64,000 nucleotides of DNA from Chlorobiaceae bacterium (GTDB lineage: Bacteria; Bacteroidota; Chlorobiia; Chlorobiales; Chlorobiaceae): assembly GCA_013335115.1 (NCBI GenBank), contig JAAXWQ010000004.1, positions 45,974 through 109,973 on the forward strand, read 5' to 3'. The notes under the pieces are model-generated. The model did no database searches, was not told the origin of the DNA, and saw only the letters and a list, made by a program, of their open reading frames with translations. A program made the position numbers and the translations under genes. The number at the start of each line of letters is the position of its first letter. Position 1 is the first letter of the stretch. Below, in pieces: positions 50,696 to 59,478 of this stretch.

Positions 50696-51148
50696 TCAGA
50701 GCTGCGAAGTGCATGCCGGGCACCTGACGGCGGCTGTCGGCACCATGGTACAGCAGAACGGGCACTCCTTGACAGCCTGTGTTGCCGGCGGGGCAGGCTC
50801 GGGCTTGATGCGGCGCAGGCGGTTGACGGCCTTGACCATCAGGTAGACCGAAAAGCTCACGATGAGGAACCCGATGAGCGCATTGGCGAACAATCCGTAA
50901 TTGAGCGTCACCGCTCCGGCCGCCCTGGCTTCGGCAAGCGTCGCATACGGGGCGCCCTTGGCCCCATCCCGCAGCACGAGGAACAGGTTCGAGAAGTCGA
51001 CGCCGTTCAGCAACAGCCCGATCGGAGGCATCAGCATGTCGGATACCAGCGTGTTGACCACCGAGCCGAAGGCTCCGCCGATGATGATGCCGACCGCCAT
51101 GTCGACGACATTTCCCTTAAGGGCGAACTCCCTGAACTCTTTCATCAT
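50696..51148 (-). CDS. mscL: Large-conductance mechanosensitive channel MscL with a C-terminal Cys4 (zinc-ribbon-like) tail
   Basis: [44 protein letters not shown] is the canonical MscL N-terminus. The C-terminus adds ...[24 protein letters not shown]. Confidence 0.92.
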   Translation of the reverse strand: MMKEFREFALKGNVVDMAVGIIIGGAFGSVVNTLVSDMLMPPIGLLLNGVDFSNLFLVLRDGAKGAPYATLAEARAAGAVTLNYGLFANALIGFLIVSFSVYLMVKAVNRLRRIKPEPAPPATQAVKECPFCCTMVPTAAVRCPACTSQL

Positions 51149-51353
51149 AAGACTTGTTCCTGTTTAGTAATATGGATTAACAAACTGGACGGGTGCCGAG
51201 GTGCAGTAACCTGGAGGGGACAGTCACGCAAACAACAAATAATAAAGGCCCTTAATTGCACTTTAAGGTAATTTTTAGTAAAATGATTCCTCATTCCCAT
51301 GCTTGACGCCCGCACGACCTCATCCAAAATATAATCCGGCAAACATCGTCACG

Positions 51354-52856
51354 ATGGAGCAATATATACGTCCAAATTCATTGAAGCAGCAACTTGAGAA
51401 GGCTACGGGCAACAACTATGCCTGCTGTTACCAGTGCGGCAAGTGCACGGCGGGGTGCCCCGTCGGCGGCCTTATGGACAATCCTCCGGCGAGGATCATG
51501 CGGCTTGTCCAGGCCGGACACGTCGAGGATGCGATGAAAAGTGAAGCACTCTGGTACTGTGTCGGCTGCATGACCTGTACCTCCAGGTGCCCGCAGAACC
51601 TGGAGATAGCCGGCACCATGGATGCCCTGCGGGAGATGGCGATAAAAAGCGGCCAGGATTCCGGGGACCGTTCGAAAATGCTGGTCACGGCATTCCACTC
51701 GGCATTCCTCAAGACGGTGCGTAAAAGCGGTCGCCTCCAGGAACTCGCCCTTGTCAACAGCTACAAGCTCAAGACCAGGACATTCCTTCAGGACGCAGGC
51801 GCCGGTATCAAGATGATCAGGCAGGGGAAGATCAATCCGATGTCGGCGCTGACCTCGAAGGAGAGCGTCCACGCAAAGCACCAGATCGACAAGATTTTTA
51901 CAATCTCCGAACAGGAGAACCACTCCCATACTGAACGCCGCAAGCCGGTGAAGAGGATCTTCCATCCCGATCCGCACGTAAAGATCGAACCGGGCATGAC
52001 CATCGGCTACTACCCCGGCTGCTCGCTTTCGGGCACCGCGAAGGATTATGACATCTCCGTGAAGCGGATGTGCGAACGCATCGGCATCAGGCTCAGGGAG
52101 ATTGAAGACTGGAACTGCTGCGGCGCCAGCTCGGCCCACGCCACGAACCACAAGCTCTCCGTGCTGCTGCCGGCCAGGAACCAGGCGCTTGCCGACTTGC
52201 AGGGGCTTGATTACGTGCTGACCCCGTGCGCAGCATGCCTGAACCGCCAGGTCGCCGCCAAAAAGGCACTCATGGAATCCGAGGAACTCCGCGCAGAACT
52301 GGAGGGCGTCATGGGCAAAGAGACCTCATGTCGGGCGCAGTTCATCGGGGTCATGCAGCTCCTTGAAGGCATCGGTCCGGAACGGCTCGCAAAAAAGGCG
52401 GTCACCCCGCTGAAGGAGCTGCCGCTTGCCTGCTACTACGGCTGCCTGCTGGTCAGGCCGTTCGAAACCATGGGCTACGACGATCCCGAGAACCCGACCA
52501 AGATGGAGGCCATCCTCACGGCGCTCGGGGCAAAGCCGGTCGACTGGGCTTACAAGGTCGAGTGCTGCGGCGCAGGACTGACCATGGCCCGCCAGGAGAT
52601 GATCGAGGATCTGACGCACAAGATCGCAAAGAATGCGGCAGCCAACGGCGCAGGGGCATTCGTGGTCGCCTGCCCGCTCTGCCACACCAACCTCGATATG
52701 CGTCAGGAGGGGATGCGCAAGCGTTACGGCGACACCGGGGCGATGCCGGTCTACTATATTTCCGACCTGGTCGCTATCGCCTGCGGTGCGAGCCCGGAGG
52801 AGGTGGCCCTCGACAAGCACTTCGTCCCGGCTGTCGACCTGGTAAGGAACAGGTAA
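51354..52856 (+). CDS. Fused heterodisulfide-reductase subunits HdrC (2x[4Fe-4S]) plus HdrB (two CCG domains)
   Basis: ATG at 51354. The N-terminus has CYQCGKCTAGCPV and CVGCMTCTSRCPQ. The C-terminal part has YYPGCSL...NCCGAS and CYYGC...VECCGAG, which are CCG motifs. Confidence 0.85.
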   Translation: MEQYIRPNSLKQQLEKATGNNYACCYQCGKCTAGCPVGGLMDNPPARIMRLVQAGHVEDAMKSEALWYCVGCMTCTSRCPQNLEIAGTMDALREMAIKSGQDSGDRSKMLVTAFHSAFLKTVRKSGRLQELALVNSYKLKTRTFLQDAGAGIKMIRQGKINPMSALTSKESVHAKHQIDKIFTISEQENHSHTERRKPVKRIFHPDPHVKIEPGMTIGYYPGCSLSGTAKDYDISVKRMCERIGIRLREIEDWNCCGASSAHATNHKLSVLLPARNQALADLQGLDYVLTPCAACLNRQVAAKKALMESEELRAELEGVMGKETSCRAQFIGVMQLLEGIGPERLAKKAVTPLKELPLACYYGCLLVRPFETMGYDDPENPTKMEAILTALGAKPVDWAYKVECCGAGLTMARQEMIEDLTHKIAKNAAANGAGAFVVACPLCHTNLDMRQEGMRKRYGDTGAMPVYYISDLVAIACGASPEEVALDKHFVPAVDLVRNR

Positions 52857-52943
52857 CCAGGTCCGCGTTGTACCATATTTCGCCGGTATCCGCAGCTACT
52901 TTGGCCCGGGTATCCGAAACACCTTAAACTCGAAGGCATAAGG

Positions 52944-54914
52944 ATGGCAAAAATAGGAGTATTCGTCTGCCATTGCGGCGAGAACATCGCTTCCATGGTC
53001 GACACCTCGAAACTGGTGCACGCCATAGGTGAACATCCTGGGGTCACCGTCGCATCGGAATACAAGTACTTCTGCTCCGATCCCGGGCAGGAGACCGTCA
53101 AGAAAGCCATTCGCGAGAACGGCCTGACCGGCGTCGTGGTTGCGGCCTGCTCGCCGAGGATGCACGAACAGACCTTCCGCAAGGCGTGTGCCGAGGCCGG
53201 GCTGAACCCCTACATGCTGGAATTGGCCAACATCAGGGAGCAGTGCTCCTGGGTCCATACGGACAAGGATGAGGCGACCGGCAAAGCCATCGAGATCACC
53301 CGTTCGCTCGTGGAGAAGGTGAAGCGCAACAACGACCTCAAGCCCATTTCGGTGCCGGTCACCCGGCGCGCCATGGTCATCGGCGGAGGTGTTGCCGGCA
53401 TACAGGCAGCACTCGACATCGCAGCTGCCGGTCGCGAGGTGGTGCTGGTCGAACGCGAGCCCTCCATCGGCGGGCACATGGCGCAGCTTTCGGAAACATT
53501 TCCGACCCTCGACTGCTCGCAGTGCATCCTGACGCCGCGCATGGTCGAGGCCGTCCAGCATCCGAACATCACGGTCATGACCTACTCCGAGGTCGAGGAG
53601 GTCGACGGATACATCGGCAACTTCACGGTCAAGGTCCGCAGGAAGGCCCGGTACGTGAGGATGGAGACCTGTACCGGTTGCGGCGACTGCATCCAGAAGT
53701 GCCCGGTCAAAAAGATCCCCAGCAATTTCGAGTGCGGCCTTGGCAACCGGAAGGCCATCTACACCCCCTTCGCCCAGGCGGTGCCCAACGTGCCGGTGAT
53801 CGACCGTGAGCACTGCCTCTATTTCAAGACCGGCAAGTGCAAGATCTGCGAGAAGAGTTGCCAGATCGACAGCATCGACTTCGACCAGCAGGACAGGATC
53901 GAAACCATCGAGGTCGGGGCAATCGTGGTCGCTACCGGCTTCCAGGTGCAGGACACCGCCATGTACGGCGAGTATGGCTACGGACGCTACAAGGACGTCG
54001 TCACCGGCCTGCACTTCGAGCGCCTCGCCTCGGCCAGCGGTCCGACCTCCGGCAAGATCCTCCGTCCGTCGGACGGCAAGGAGCCAGAGACGGTGGTGTT
54101 TATCCAGTGCGCAGGTTCGCGCGACGCGTCGAAGGGAATGAAGTACTGCTCGAAGATCTGCTGCATGTACACGGCCAAGCACGCCATGCTTTACGCGCAC
54201 AAGGTCCACCACGGAAAATCACAGATTTTCTACATGGACATCCGCGCCGCGGGCAAGGGATATGACGAATTCACCCGCCGCGCTATCGAAGAGGACGAGG
54301 CCGGCTACATCCGGGGCCGCGTGAGCAAGGTCTTCGAAGAGAACGGCAAGTTGATCGTACGCGGTGCAGACACCCTTCTCGGAAGGCCCGTAGAGGTCGT
54401 GGCCGATATGGTGGTGCTCGCAACGGCCATGGTGCCGCAATCAGACGCGAAGGATTTCGCCAAGCGTATCGGCATCGGTTACGACGAGTACGGCTTCTAC
54501 AACGAGGCCCACCTGAAGCTCCGCCCGGTCGAGACGGCTACTGCAGGCATCTACCTCTGTGGCGCATGCCAGTCCCCGAAGGACATCCCGGACTCGGTCG
54601 CCCAGGCTTCGGCCGCCGCGGCCAAGGTGCTCGGCCTGTTCAGCAAGGAGCAGCTCGAACGCGAACCCGTCATCGCCTCGGTCACCGATGCGACCTGCGC
54701 GGGTTGCTGGGGTTGCGTGATCGCCTGCCCGTACAACGCCATCGACCGGAAGGATATCACCGACCGGAACGGGAACGTCGTCAAACGGGTGGCCAGCGTC
54801 AATCCGGGCCTCTGCCAGGGATGCGGGACCTGTGTCACCTTCTGCCGCTCGAACAGCATCGACCTTGCGGGATTCACCGAAAAGCAGATCTTTGCGGAAG
54901 TGATGGCGCTCTGA
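52944..54914 (+). CDS. hdrA: Heterodisulfide reductase subunit A-like flavoprotein (HdrA)
   Basis: MAKIGVFVCHCGENIA. The FAD fold is AMVIGGGVAGIQAALDIA. Several ferredoxin Cys clusters are present (CTGCGDCIQKCP, CKICEKSCQ, CAGCWGCVIACP, CQGCGTCVTFC). Confidence 0.9.
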   Translation: MAKIGVFVCHCGENIASMVDTSKLVHAIGEHPGVTVASEYKYFCSDPGQETVKKAIRENGLTGVVVAACSPRMHEQTFRKACAEAGLNPYMLELANIREQCSWVHTDKDEATGKAIEITRSLVEKVKRNNDLKPISVPVTRRAMVIGGGVAGIQAALDIAAAGREVVLVEREPSIGGHMAQLSETFPTLDCSQCILTPRMVEAVQHPNITVMTYSEVEEVDGYIGNFTVKVRRKARYVRMETCTGCGDCIQKCPVKKIPSNFECGLGNRKAIYTPFAQAVPNVPVIDREHCLYFKTGKCKICEKSCQIDSIDFDQQDRIETIEVGAIVVATGFQVQDTAMYGEYGYGRYKDVVTGLHFERLASASGPTSGKILRPSDGKEPETVVFIQCAGSRDASKGMKYCSKICCMYTAKHAMLYAHKVHHGKSQIFYMDIRAAGKGYDEFTRRAIEEDEAGYIRGRVSKVFEENGKLIVRGADTLLGRPVEVVADMVVLATAMVPQSDAKDFAKRIGIGYDEYGFYNEAHLKLRPVETATAGIYLCGACQSPKDIPDSVAQASAAAAKVLGLFSKEQLEREPVIASVTDATCAGCWGCVIACPYNAIDRKDITDRNGNVVKRVASVNPGLCQGCGTCVTFCRSNSIDLAGFTEKQIFAEVMAL

Positions 54915-54968
54915 GCCGCGACCTCCGCGAAAACAACAGTAACAATACAAGCGAACGAGTAAACGCCG

Positions 54969-55418
54969 ATGAGCGAATCATTCGAACCCAAGATCGTAGC
55001 CTTCGTCTGCACCTACTGCACCTACGCGGGCGCCGACCTTGCCGGCACGAGCCGCATGAAATACGCATCCAACGTCAGGATCGTCCGGCTTCCCTGCACC
55101 GGCCGCATCAGCCCGATGTTCATCCTCAAGGCCCTCCAGAAGGGCGCAGACGGCGTGTTGGTCAGCGGATGCCACCCTGGCGACTGCCACTTCGCCCAGG
55201 GCAATTACCATGCCCGGCGCCGCTGGACGGTGTTCCGCGCGCTGCTCGCTTTTACGGGCATTCCCGAGGAGCGGATCAAGTTCTCCTGGATCAGTGCCGC
55301 AGAAGGAGCCAAATTCACCGAACTGATCAACGGCATCACCGGGCAAATCAGGGCCCTTGGTCCGTTCGAACAGTACCAGGAGCTGCAGACAGTCATCGAA
55401 ACCCAGTCTACGTATTAA
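54969..55418 (+). CDS. MvhD / FlxD-like [2Fe-2S] protein (methyl-viologen-reducing hydrogenase delta subunit family)
   Basis: KIVAFVCTYCTYAGADLAG...VRLPCTGRISPMFILKALQKGADGVLVSGCHPGDCHF is the canonical MvhD pattern. Confidence 0.9.
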   Translation: MSESFEPKIVAFVCTYCTYAGADLAGTSRMKYASNVRIVRLPCTGRISPMFILKALQKGADGVLVSGCHPGDCHFAQGNYHARRRWTVFRALLAFTGIPEERIKFSWISAAEGAKFTELINGITGQIRALGPFEQYQELQTVIETQSTY

Positions 55419-55428
55419 GGAAGCTTTC

Positions 55429-56259
55429 ATGGGAATACAGGAACAATATCGAAAAGAGGCTGCGGAGCTGCTCTCGTCAGGAGCGGTAAAACTGGTTATC
55501 GGCTACGGGGAGGGTACGACCGCCGATCGCCGACGGCCCGTGTTCATCCGTTCGGCCGAATACGTCGGCCGCCTCGTGCTCGACGCAAACTGCGTGGCCA
55601 ACCTCTCCGCGTACCTGGTACAGGAAGGCCTCCTGAGCGACGGGAAGAAGGTCGCCGCCTTCCTGAAGCCCGAAGGCATCAGGAGCATGAACATCCTTGC
55701 CGCCGAGGCGCAGCTCGACCCGGAACAGGTGGTGATCCTCGGCTTCGACATCGAGGCCGGGCAGGCGACTTCCCTTTCTGGCCGCAACGCCTCCGATTTC
55801 ACGGCGCTGATCGGCTCCCTCAAGGCTTCCGGCCTCTCGCCAGAACTGCAGAAGGAGGCGGACCGGCTTGAGCACATGGGCAGTGCCGATCGATTCGAGT
55901 ACTGGAAGGCGCAGTTCTCCAAGTGCATCAAGTGCTACGCCTGCCGTCAGGTTTGCCCGATGTGCTACTGCCGCCGCTGCATCGTCGATGTCAACCAGCC
56001 GCAGTGGATCAACACCTCGTCGCACACCCTCGGCAACTTCGAATGGAACATCATCCGGGCCTTCCACCTTGCCGGCCGCTGCGTGGCCTGCGGAGGTTGT
56101 GACCGCTCCTGCCCGGTGAACATCCCGCTCCGGCTCATCAACCACCGCATGGCCAAAGAGGCGCTCGACACCTTCGGCCATTTCGCCGGTGAAAGCGCCG
56201 ACCAGAAACCCGTGCTTGCTACCTTCAGGCAGGACGATCCCGAGACTTTCATTTTATAA
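55429..56259 (+). CDS. Fe-S protein, FlxC-like (4Fe-4S dicluster, FrhB/HydB-related)
   Basis: ATG at 55429 lies just after the mvhD stop. Cys clusters: CIKCYACRQVCPMCYCRRC and CVACGGCDRSCP. Confidence 0.7.
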   Translation: MGIQEQYRKEAAELLSSGAVKLVIGYGEGTTADRRRPVFIRSAEYVGRLVLDANCVANLSAYLVQEGLLSDGKKVAAFLKPEGIRSMNILAAEAQLDPEQVVILGFDIEAGQATSLSGRNASDFTALIGSLKASGLSPELQKEADRLEHMGSADRFEYWKAQFSKCIKCYACRQVCPMCYCRRCIVDVNQPQWINTSSHTLGNFEWNIIRAFHLAGRCVACGGCDRSCPVNIPLRLINHRMAKEALDTFGHFAGESADQKPVLATFRQDDPETFIL

Positions 56260-56273
56260 GTTTATCGCCCCGT

Positions 56274-57287
56274 ATGACCCGAATACTCCTCAAAAGCAGG
56301 CTCGACGATTGCCTGGGCGCCTGGCGGACAGCCGGTTTTTCGGTGCTCGCACCCGTCAAGCGGAACGAGCTGACCCGATTTGACGAAGTGCAGGCAGCGT
56401 CCGAAATCGCCCTGGACATCGTGATTACGGAACGCACCATCAAAGAGCACTTCTTCCTGCAGACCGAACCCCTGATCAAGTACCAGATCAGCAAAAAGCA
56501 GATCGAAACGGAGGAGATGCTGCCCCCGGAAAGGAAACGGGTCTTTTTCGGCGTGCGCCCCTGCGACGCCGCAGGCCTCGACATCGACGACCCTCTCTTC
56601 GGTTGGGACTACAAGGACGAGTACTGGTTCCGGCGCCGTGAAGGCTCGGTTATCGTCACCATCGCCTGTAGCCAGGCCGACGACTTCTGCATGTGCACTT
56701 CGGTGCACCTCGCGCCCGACAGCACGAAGGGCTCCGATCTCATGCTCCACCCGCTCAGGGACGGCCGGGGATGGCAGGTGGTGCCGCATACCGACCGGGG
56801 CAAGGCCCTGCTCGAACCAGTCGCACCGATGCTTCAGGAGGAGGTCGCCGAAACGGCGCCGGTGCCCGACGTTCCGGTAAAGTTCGACCTGGACAAGGTG
56901 AGCTCCTGGCTCTCCGACCCGGCCAACTTCGAGAGCAACTTCTGGAAGGAGATTTCGCAGCGTTGCATCGGTTGCGGCAGCTGCACCTACCTCTGCCCGA
57001 CCTGTCACTGCTTCGACATCCAGGACGAGGGCGACACCTACAACGGCATCAGGCGCAAGAACTGGGACAGCTGCTCCTTCGCCCTGTTCACCATGCACAC
57101 CTCCGGCCACAACCCGAGGAACACGCAGTCTACGAGGTGGCGTCAGCGCATCATGCACAAGTTCAACTACTACCGCGGAAAATTCGGCGTCAACAGCTGC
57201 AGCGGTTGCGGCCGTTGCACCCGCCAATGCCCGGTCGACATGGGAATTACCGAAACACTGCACGAGATCTCAAATTTACCAAGGTGA
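56274..57287 (+). CDS. Fe-S protein, FlxB / AsrA / HydB-like (4Fe-4S dicluster)
   Basis: 337 aa. Motifs: CIGCGSCTYLCPTCHCFD and CSGCGRCTRQCP, plus the FFGVRPCD motif typical of the AsrA / sulfhydrogenase-beta family. Confidence 0.75.
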   Translation: MTRILLKSRLDDCLGAWRTAGFSVLAPVKRNELTRFDEVQAASEIALDIVITERTIKEHFFLQTEPLIKYQISKKQIETEEMLPPERKRVFFGVRPCDAAGLDIDDPLFGWDYKDEYWFRRREGSVIVTIACSQADDFCMCTSVHLAPDSTKGSDLMLHPLRDGRGWQVVPHTDRGKALLEPVAPMLQEEVAETAPVPDVPVKFDLDKVSSWLSDPANFESNFWKEISQRCIGCGSCTYLCPTCHCFDIQDEGDTYNGIRRKNWDSCSFALFTMHTSGHNPRNTQSTRWRQRIMHKFNYYRGKFGVNSCSGCGRCTRQCPVDMGITETLHEISNLPR

Positions 57288-57316
57288 CACAAGACCGATA
57301 CAACAGCAGCAGCGCC

Positions 57317-58153
57317 ATGATCTACAATCCGTTCCCGATGCGGGTCGTCTCCAAGCGCGAAGAAGCCCCCGGCGTCAGGACCCTCAAGATCGAGTTCCTG
57401 AAGCAGGAGGACCACGATTTCTTCAAGAACCACTACCGGACCGGCATGTTCGGGCTTTACGGCATCTACGGCGAGGGTGAGAGCACCTTCTGCGTCGCCA
57501 GCCCCGAAACCAGGACGGACTACATCGAGTGCACGTTCCGGCAGTCGGGACGCGTGACGAGTACCCTTGCCGATGTGGACTCCGGCGACATCGTCACCTT
57601 CCGCGGCCCGTACGGGAACCGCTTCCCCATCGAGGAGTTCGAGGGCAAGAACCTGCTCTTCATCGCTGGCGGCATCGCCCTGCCTCCCACCAGGAGCGTG
57701 ATCTGGTCATGCCTCGACCAGCGCGAGAAGTACCGCGACGTCACGATCGTCTATGGCGCAAGGACCGTGGCGGACCTCGTCTACAAGCATGAACTGGAGG
57801 AGTGGAAGCAGCGTGGTGACGTGAACCTGGTGCTCACGGTCGATCCGGGAGGCGAAACCCCCGACTGGCAGGACCACGTAGGCTTCGTGCCATCGGTGCT
57901 CGAAAAGGTGGCACCCTCGCCCGACAACACCGTTGCCGTGCTCTGCGGCCCGCCGATCATGATCAAGTTCACCCTGACGGCGCTCGAAAAGCTCGGATTC
58001 AGCGCGAATAACGTCTATACCACGCTCGAAAACCGCATGAAGTGCGGCGTCGGCAAATGCGGCCGCTGCAACGTCGGCTCGACCTACATCTGCAAGGAAG
58101 GCCCGGTCTTTACCGCCGAAGAGGTCCAGGCCATGCCCCAGCACGATCTCTAA
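57317..58153 (+). CDS. FAD/NAD(P)-binding oxidoreductase with C-terminal [2Fe-2S], FlxA / AsrB / HydG / PyrK-like
   Basis: In-frame ATG at 57317 (the track ORF 56693..58153 has a spurious extension overlapping the previous gene). Motifs: RTLKIEF, the FAD-binding-like segment FRQSGRVTS, the NAD fold LLFIAGGIALPP, and the C-terminal CGVGKCGRCNVG...C. Confidence 0.8.
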   Translation: MIYNPFPMRVVSKREEAPGVRTLKIEFLKQEDHDFFKNHYRTGMFGLYGIYGEGESTFCVASPETRTDYIECTFRQSGRVTSTLADVDSGDIVTFRGPYGNRFPIEEFEGKNLLFIAGGIALPPTRSVIWSCLDQREKYRDVTIVYGARTVADLVYKHELEEWKQRGDVNLVLTVDPGGETPDWQDHVGFVPSVLEKVAPSPDNTVAVLCGPPIMIKFTLTALEKLGFSANNVYTTLENRMKCGVGKCGRCNVGSTYICKEGPVFTAEEVQAMPQHDL

Positions 58154-58190
58154 CCCCCTCCCGCCGAGTTCCCCTCGGTATCCCCCTCTT

Positions 58191-59454
58191 GGGGACGTAA
58201 GTGAATAAGGGTATTTATTTCATCAAGAAACAGTTATCTTGATGTTATAAGCAAACGAACAGCGGCACAGGAACTACAATTCACTCCAACCGGAGCACGA
58301 CCATGCCGAGAGGCCCAAGGCTTGACTCACCAGGAGCGCTGCACCATGTAATGGTTCGCGGAATCGAACGAGGCGCGATAGTCATTGAAGACCATGACCG
58401 TCAGGATTTCATCGAAAGGATCGGCAAGGCAGCTTTGTCGACTGGTACGAAGATCGCCGCATGGGCGCTGATGAACAACCACGCCCACCTGCTGCTCAGG
58501 AGTGGCAACCTGGGGCTACCAACGTTCATGCGAAAGGTGCTGACCGGTTATTCTGTGTCGTTCAACAAGCGCCATCAGCGATGCGGGCACCTGTTCCAGA
58601 ACCGCTATAAATCGATCCTCTGCGAAGCGGACGCCTATCTGGCCAGGCTGGTCTCCTATATCCACCTTAACCCATTGCGCGCAGGCCTTGTCGGCTCGAT
58701 CGCCGATCTCGAACGCTATCCATGGAGCGGCCATGCGACGCTGATGGGGTGGATTGAACGCCCTTGGCAGGATATCGACTACGCCCTCAGCAATTTCGGC
58801 AACACGGTCGGTTCAGCGCGAAAGGCTTATCTTGCCTTCATGACGGAGCAGTGCCTGCTTGGTCGGCAGCCCGAACTTACCGGTGGAGGCCTGATACGGT
58901 CGGCCGGAGGATGGTCCGAGGTACTGTCGATGCGGCAGCGCGGAGAGCGCCAGTTCAGCGATGAGCGCATCCTCGGCAGCGGCGAGTTCGCCGAAACGAT
59001 GCTCGGAGATGCGGAATCAGCAGTCAAAGCCATGATCCCGACCACCAACAAGCTGGATTACGCCTCTTCTTTGCTGGATAATTTCTGCGAATCCTCCGGC
59101 ATCTCCCTGACAGCCCTGCAGGGTGGCTGCAGAACCACAGACTACGCAACAGCCAGACGAAAGTTGGCAAAGCAATTCGTGTTGGATCTTGGCCTCAGGC
59201 ATGCGGATGCTGCAAGGCTTCTTGGCGTGTCGAGATCCGCCATCAGCCAGTTATTCCGGGAATAAGGCATGATCCACTGGGCAAATCGCACCACATTCTG
59301 ACTAAATCATGAGGAATCGAAATTAGTTTGTGGATTGCCTTCCCTTCTTCACTTACGTCCCCTAGTCTGGACACCACATTCTGACTAAATCATGAGGAAT
59401 CGAAATTAGTTTGTGGATTGCCTTCCCTTCTTCACTTACGTCCCCTAGTCTGGA
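58191..59454 (+). mobile_element. RayT/IS200-like (HUH Y1 transposase) element bounded by a 21-bp imperfect inverted repeat. The right end is tandemly duplicated
   Basis: The left end is ggggacgtaagtgaataaggg (58191..58211). The reverse complement of ccttcccttcttcacttacgtcccc in each right-hand repeat gives ggggacgtaagtgaagaagggaagg, which matches the left end at 20/21 positions. A perfect 8-bp-stem hairpin, catcaaga-N8-tcttgatg (58221..58244), lies just inside the left end. The element sits between the flx operon and the murB 3' end. Confidence 0.65.
58303..59265 (+). CDS. HUH-superfamily Y1 transposase, COG1943 / REP-associated (RayT-like), with a C-terminal HTH
   Basis: 320 aa. Motifs: LHHVMVRG and the HUH motif NNHAHLLLRS. 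The catalytic-Tyr motif is RLVSYIHLNPLRAGLV. The C-terminal helix-turn-helix is HADAARLLGVSRSAISQLF. Confidence 0.8.
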   Translation: MPRGPRLDSPGALHHVMVRGIERGAIVIEDHDRQDFIERIGKAALSTGTKIAAWALMNNHAHLLLRSGNLGLPTFMRKVLTGYSVSFNKRHQRCGHLFQNRYKSILCEADAYLARLVSYIHLNPLRAGLVGSIADLERYPWSGHATLMGWIERPWQDIDYALSNFGNTVGSARKAYLAFMTEQCLLGRQPELTGGGLIRSAGGWSEVLSMRQRGERQFSDERILGSGEFAETMLGDAESAVKAMIPTTNKLDYASSLLDNFCESSGISLTALQGGCRTTDYATARRKLAKQFVLDLGLRHADAARLLGVSRSAISQLFRE

Positions 59455-59470
59455 CATCCCCTAGTCTGGA
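59289..59470. repeat. Perfect tandem duplication (2 x 83 bp) plus an extra 14-bp unit
   Basis: 59289..59371 and 59372..59454 are identical: caccacattctgactaaatcatgaggaatcgaaattagtttgtggattgccttcccttcttcacttacgtcccctagtctgga. The terminal 14-mer tcccctagtctgga occurs a third time at 59457..59470. Confidence 0.95.
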
Positions 59471-59478
59471 TGAGGTAT

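Noticed and set aside
52896-57263. Long minus-strand ORFs 52896..54212 (438 aa), 54441..54950, 55477..56181 and 56262..57263 (333 aa)
   Set aside because: Antisense to hdrA, mvhD and the flx-like genes, which have canonical Cys-cluster motifs on the + strand.
56693-57316. N-terminal 208 residues of track ORF 56693..58153
   Set aside because: This is an out-of-frame read-through across the preceding FlxB-like gene. The family N-terminus starts at the in-frame ATG at 57317. The same logic trimmed ORFs 35744..37207, 13021..14100, 17770..19155, 45205..47604 and others.
59289-59470. Tandem repeats considered as a possible CRISPR array
   Set aside because: There are only two full units, they are directly abutting with no spacers, the unit length is 83 bp, and there are no cas genes. 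They are better explained as the duplicated end of the RayT-like element.
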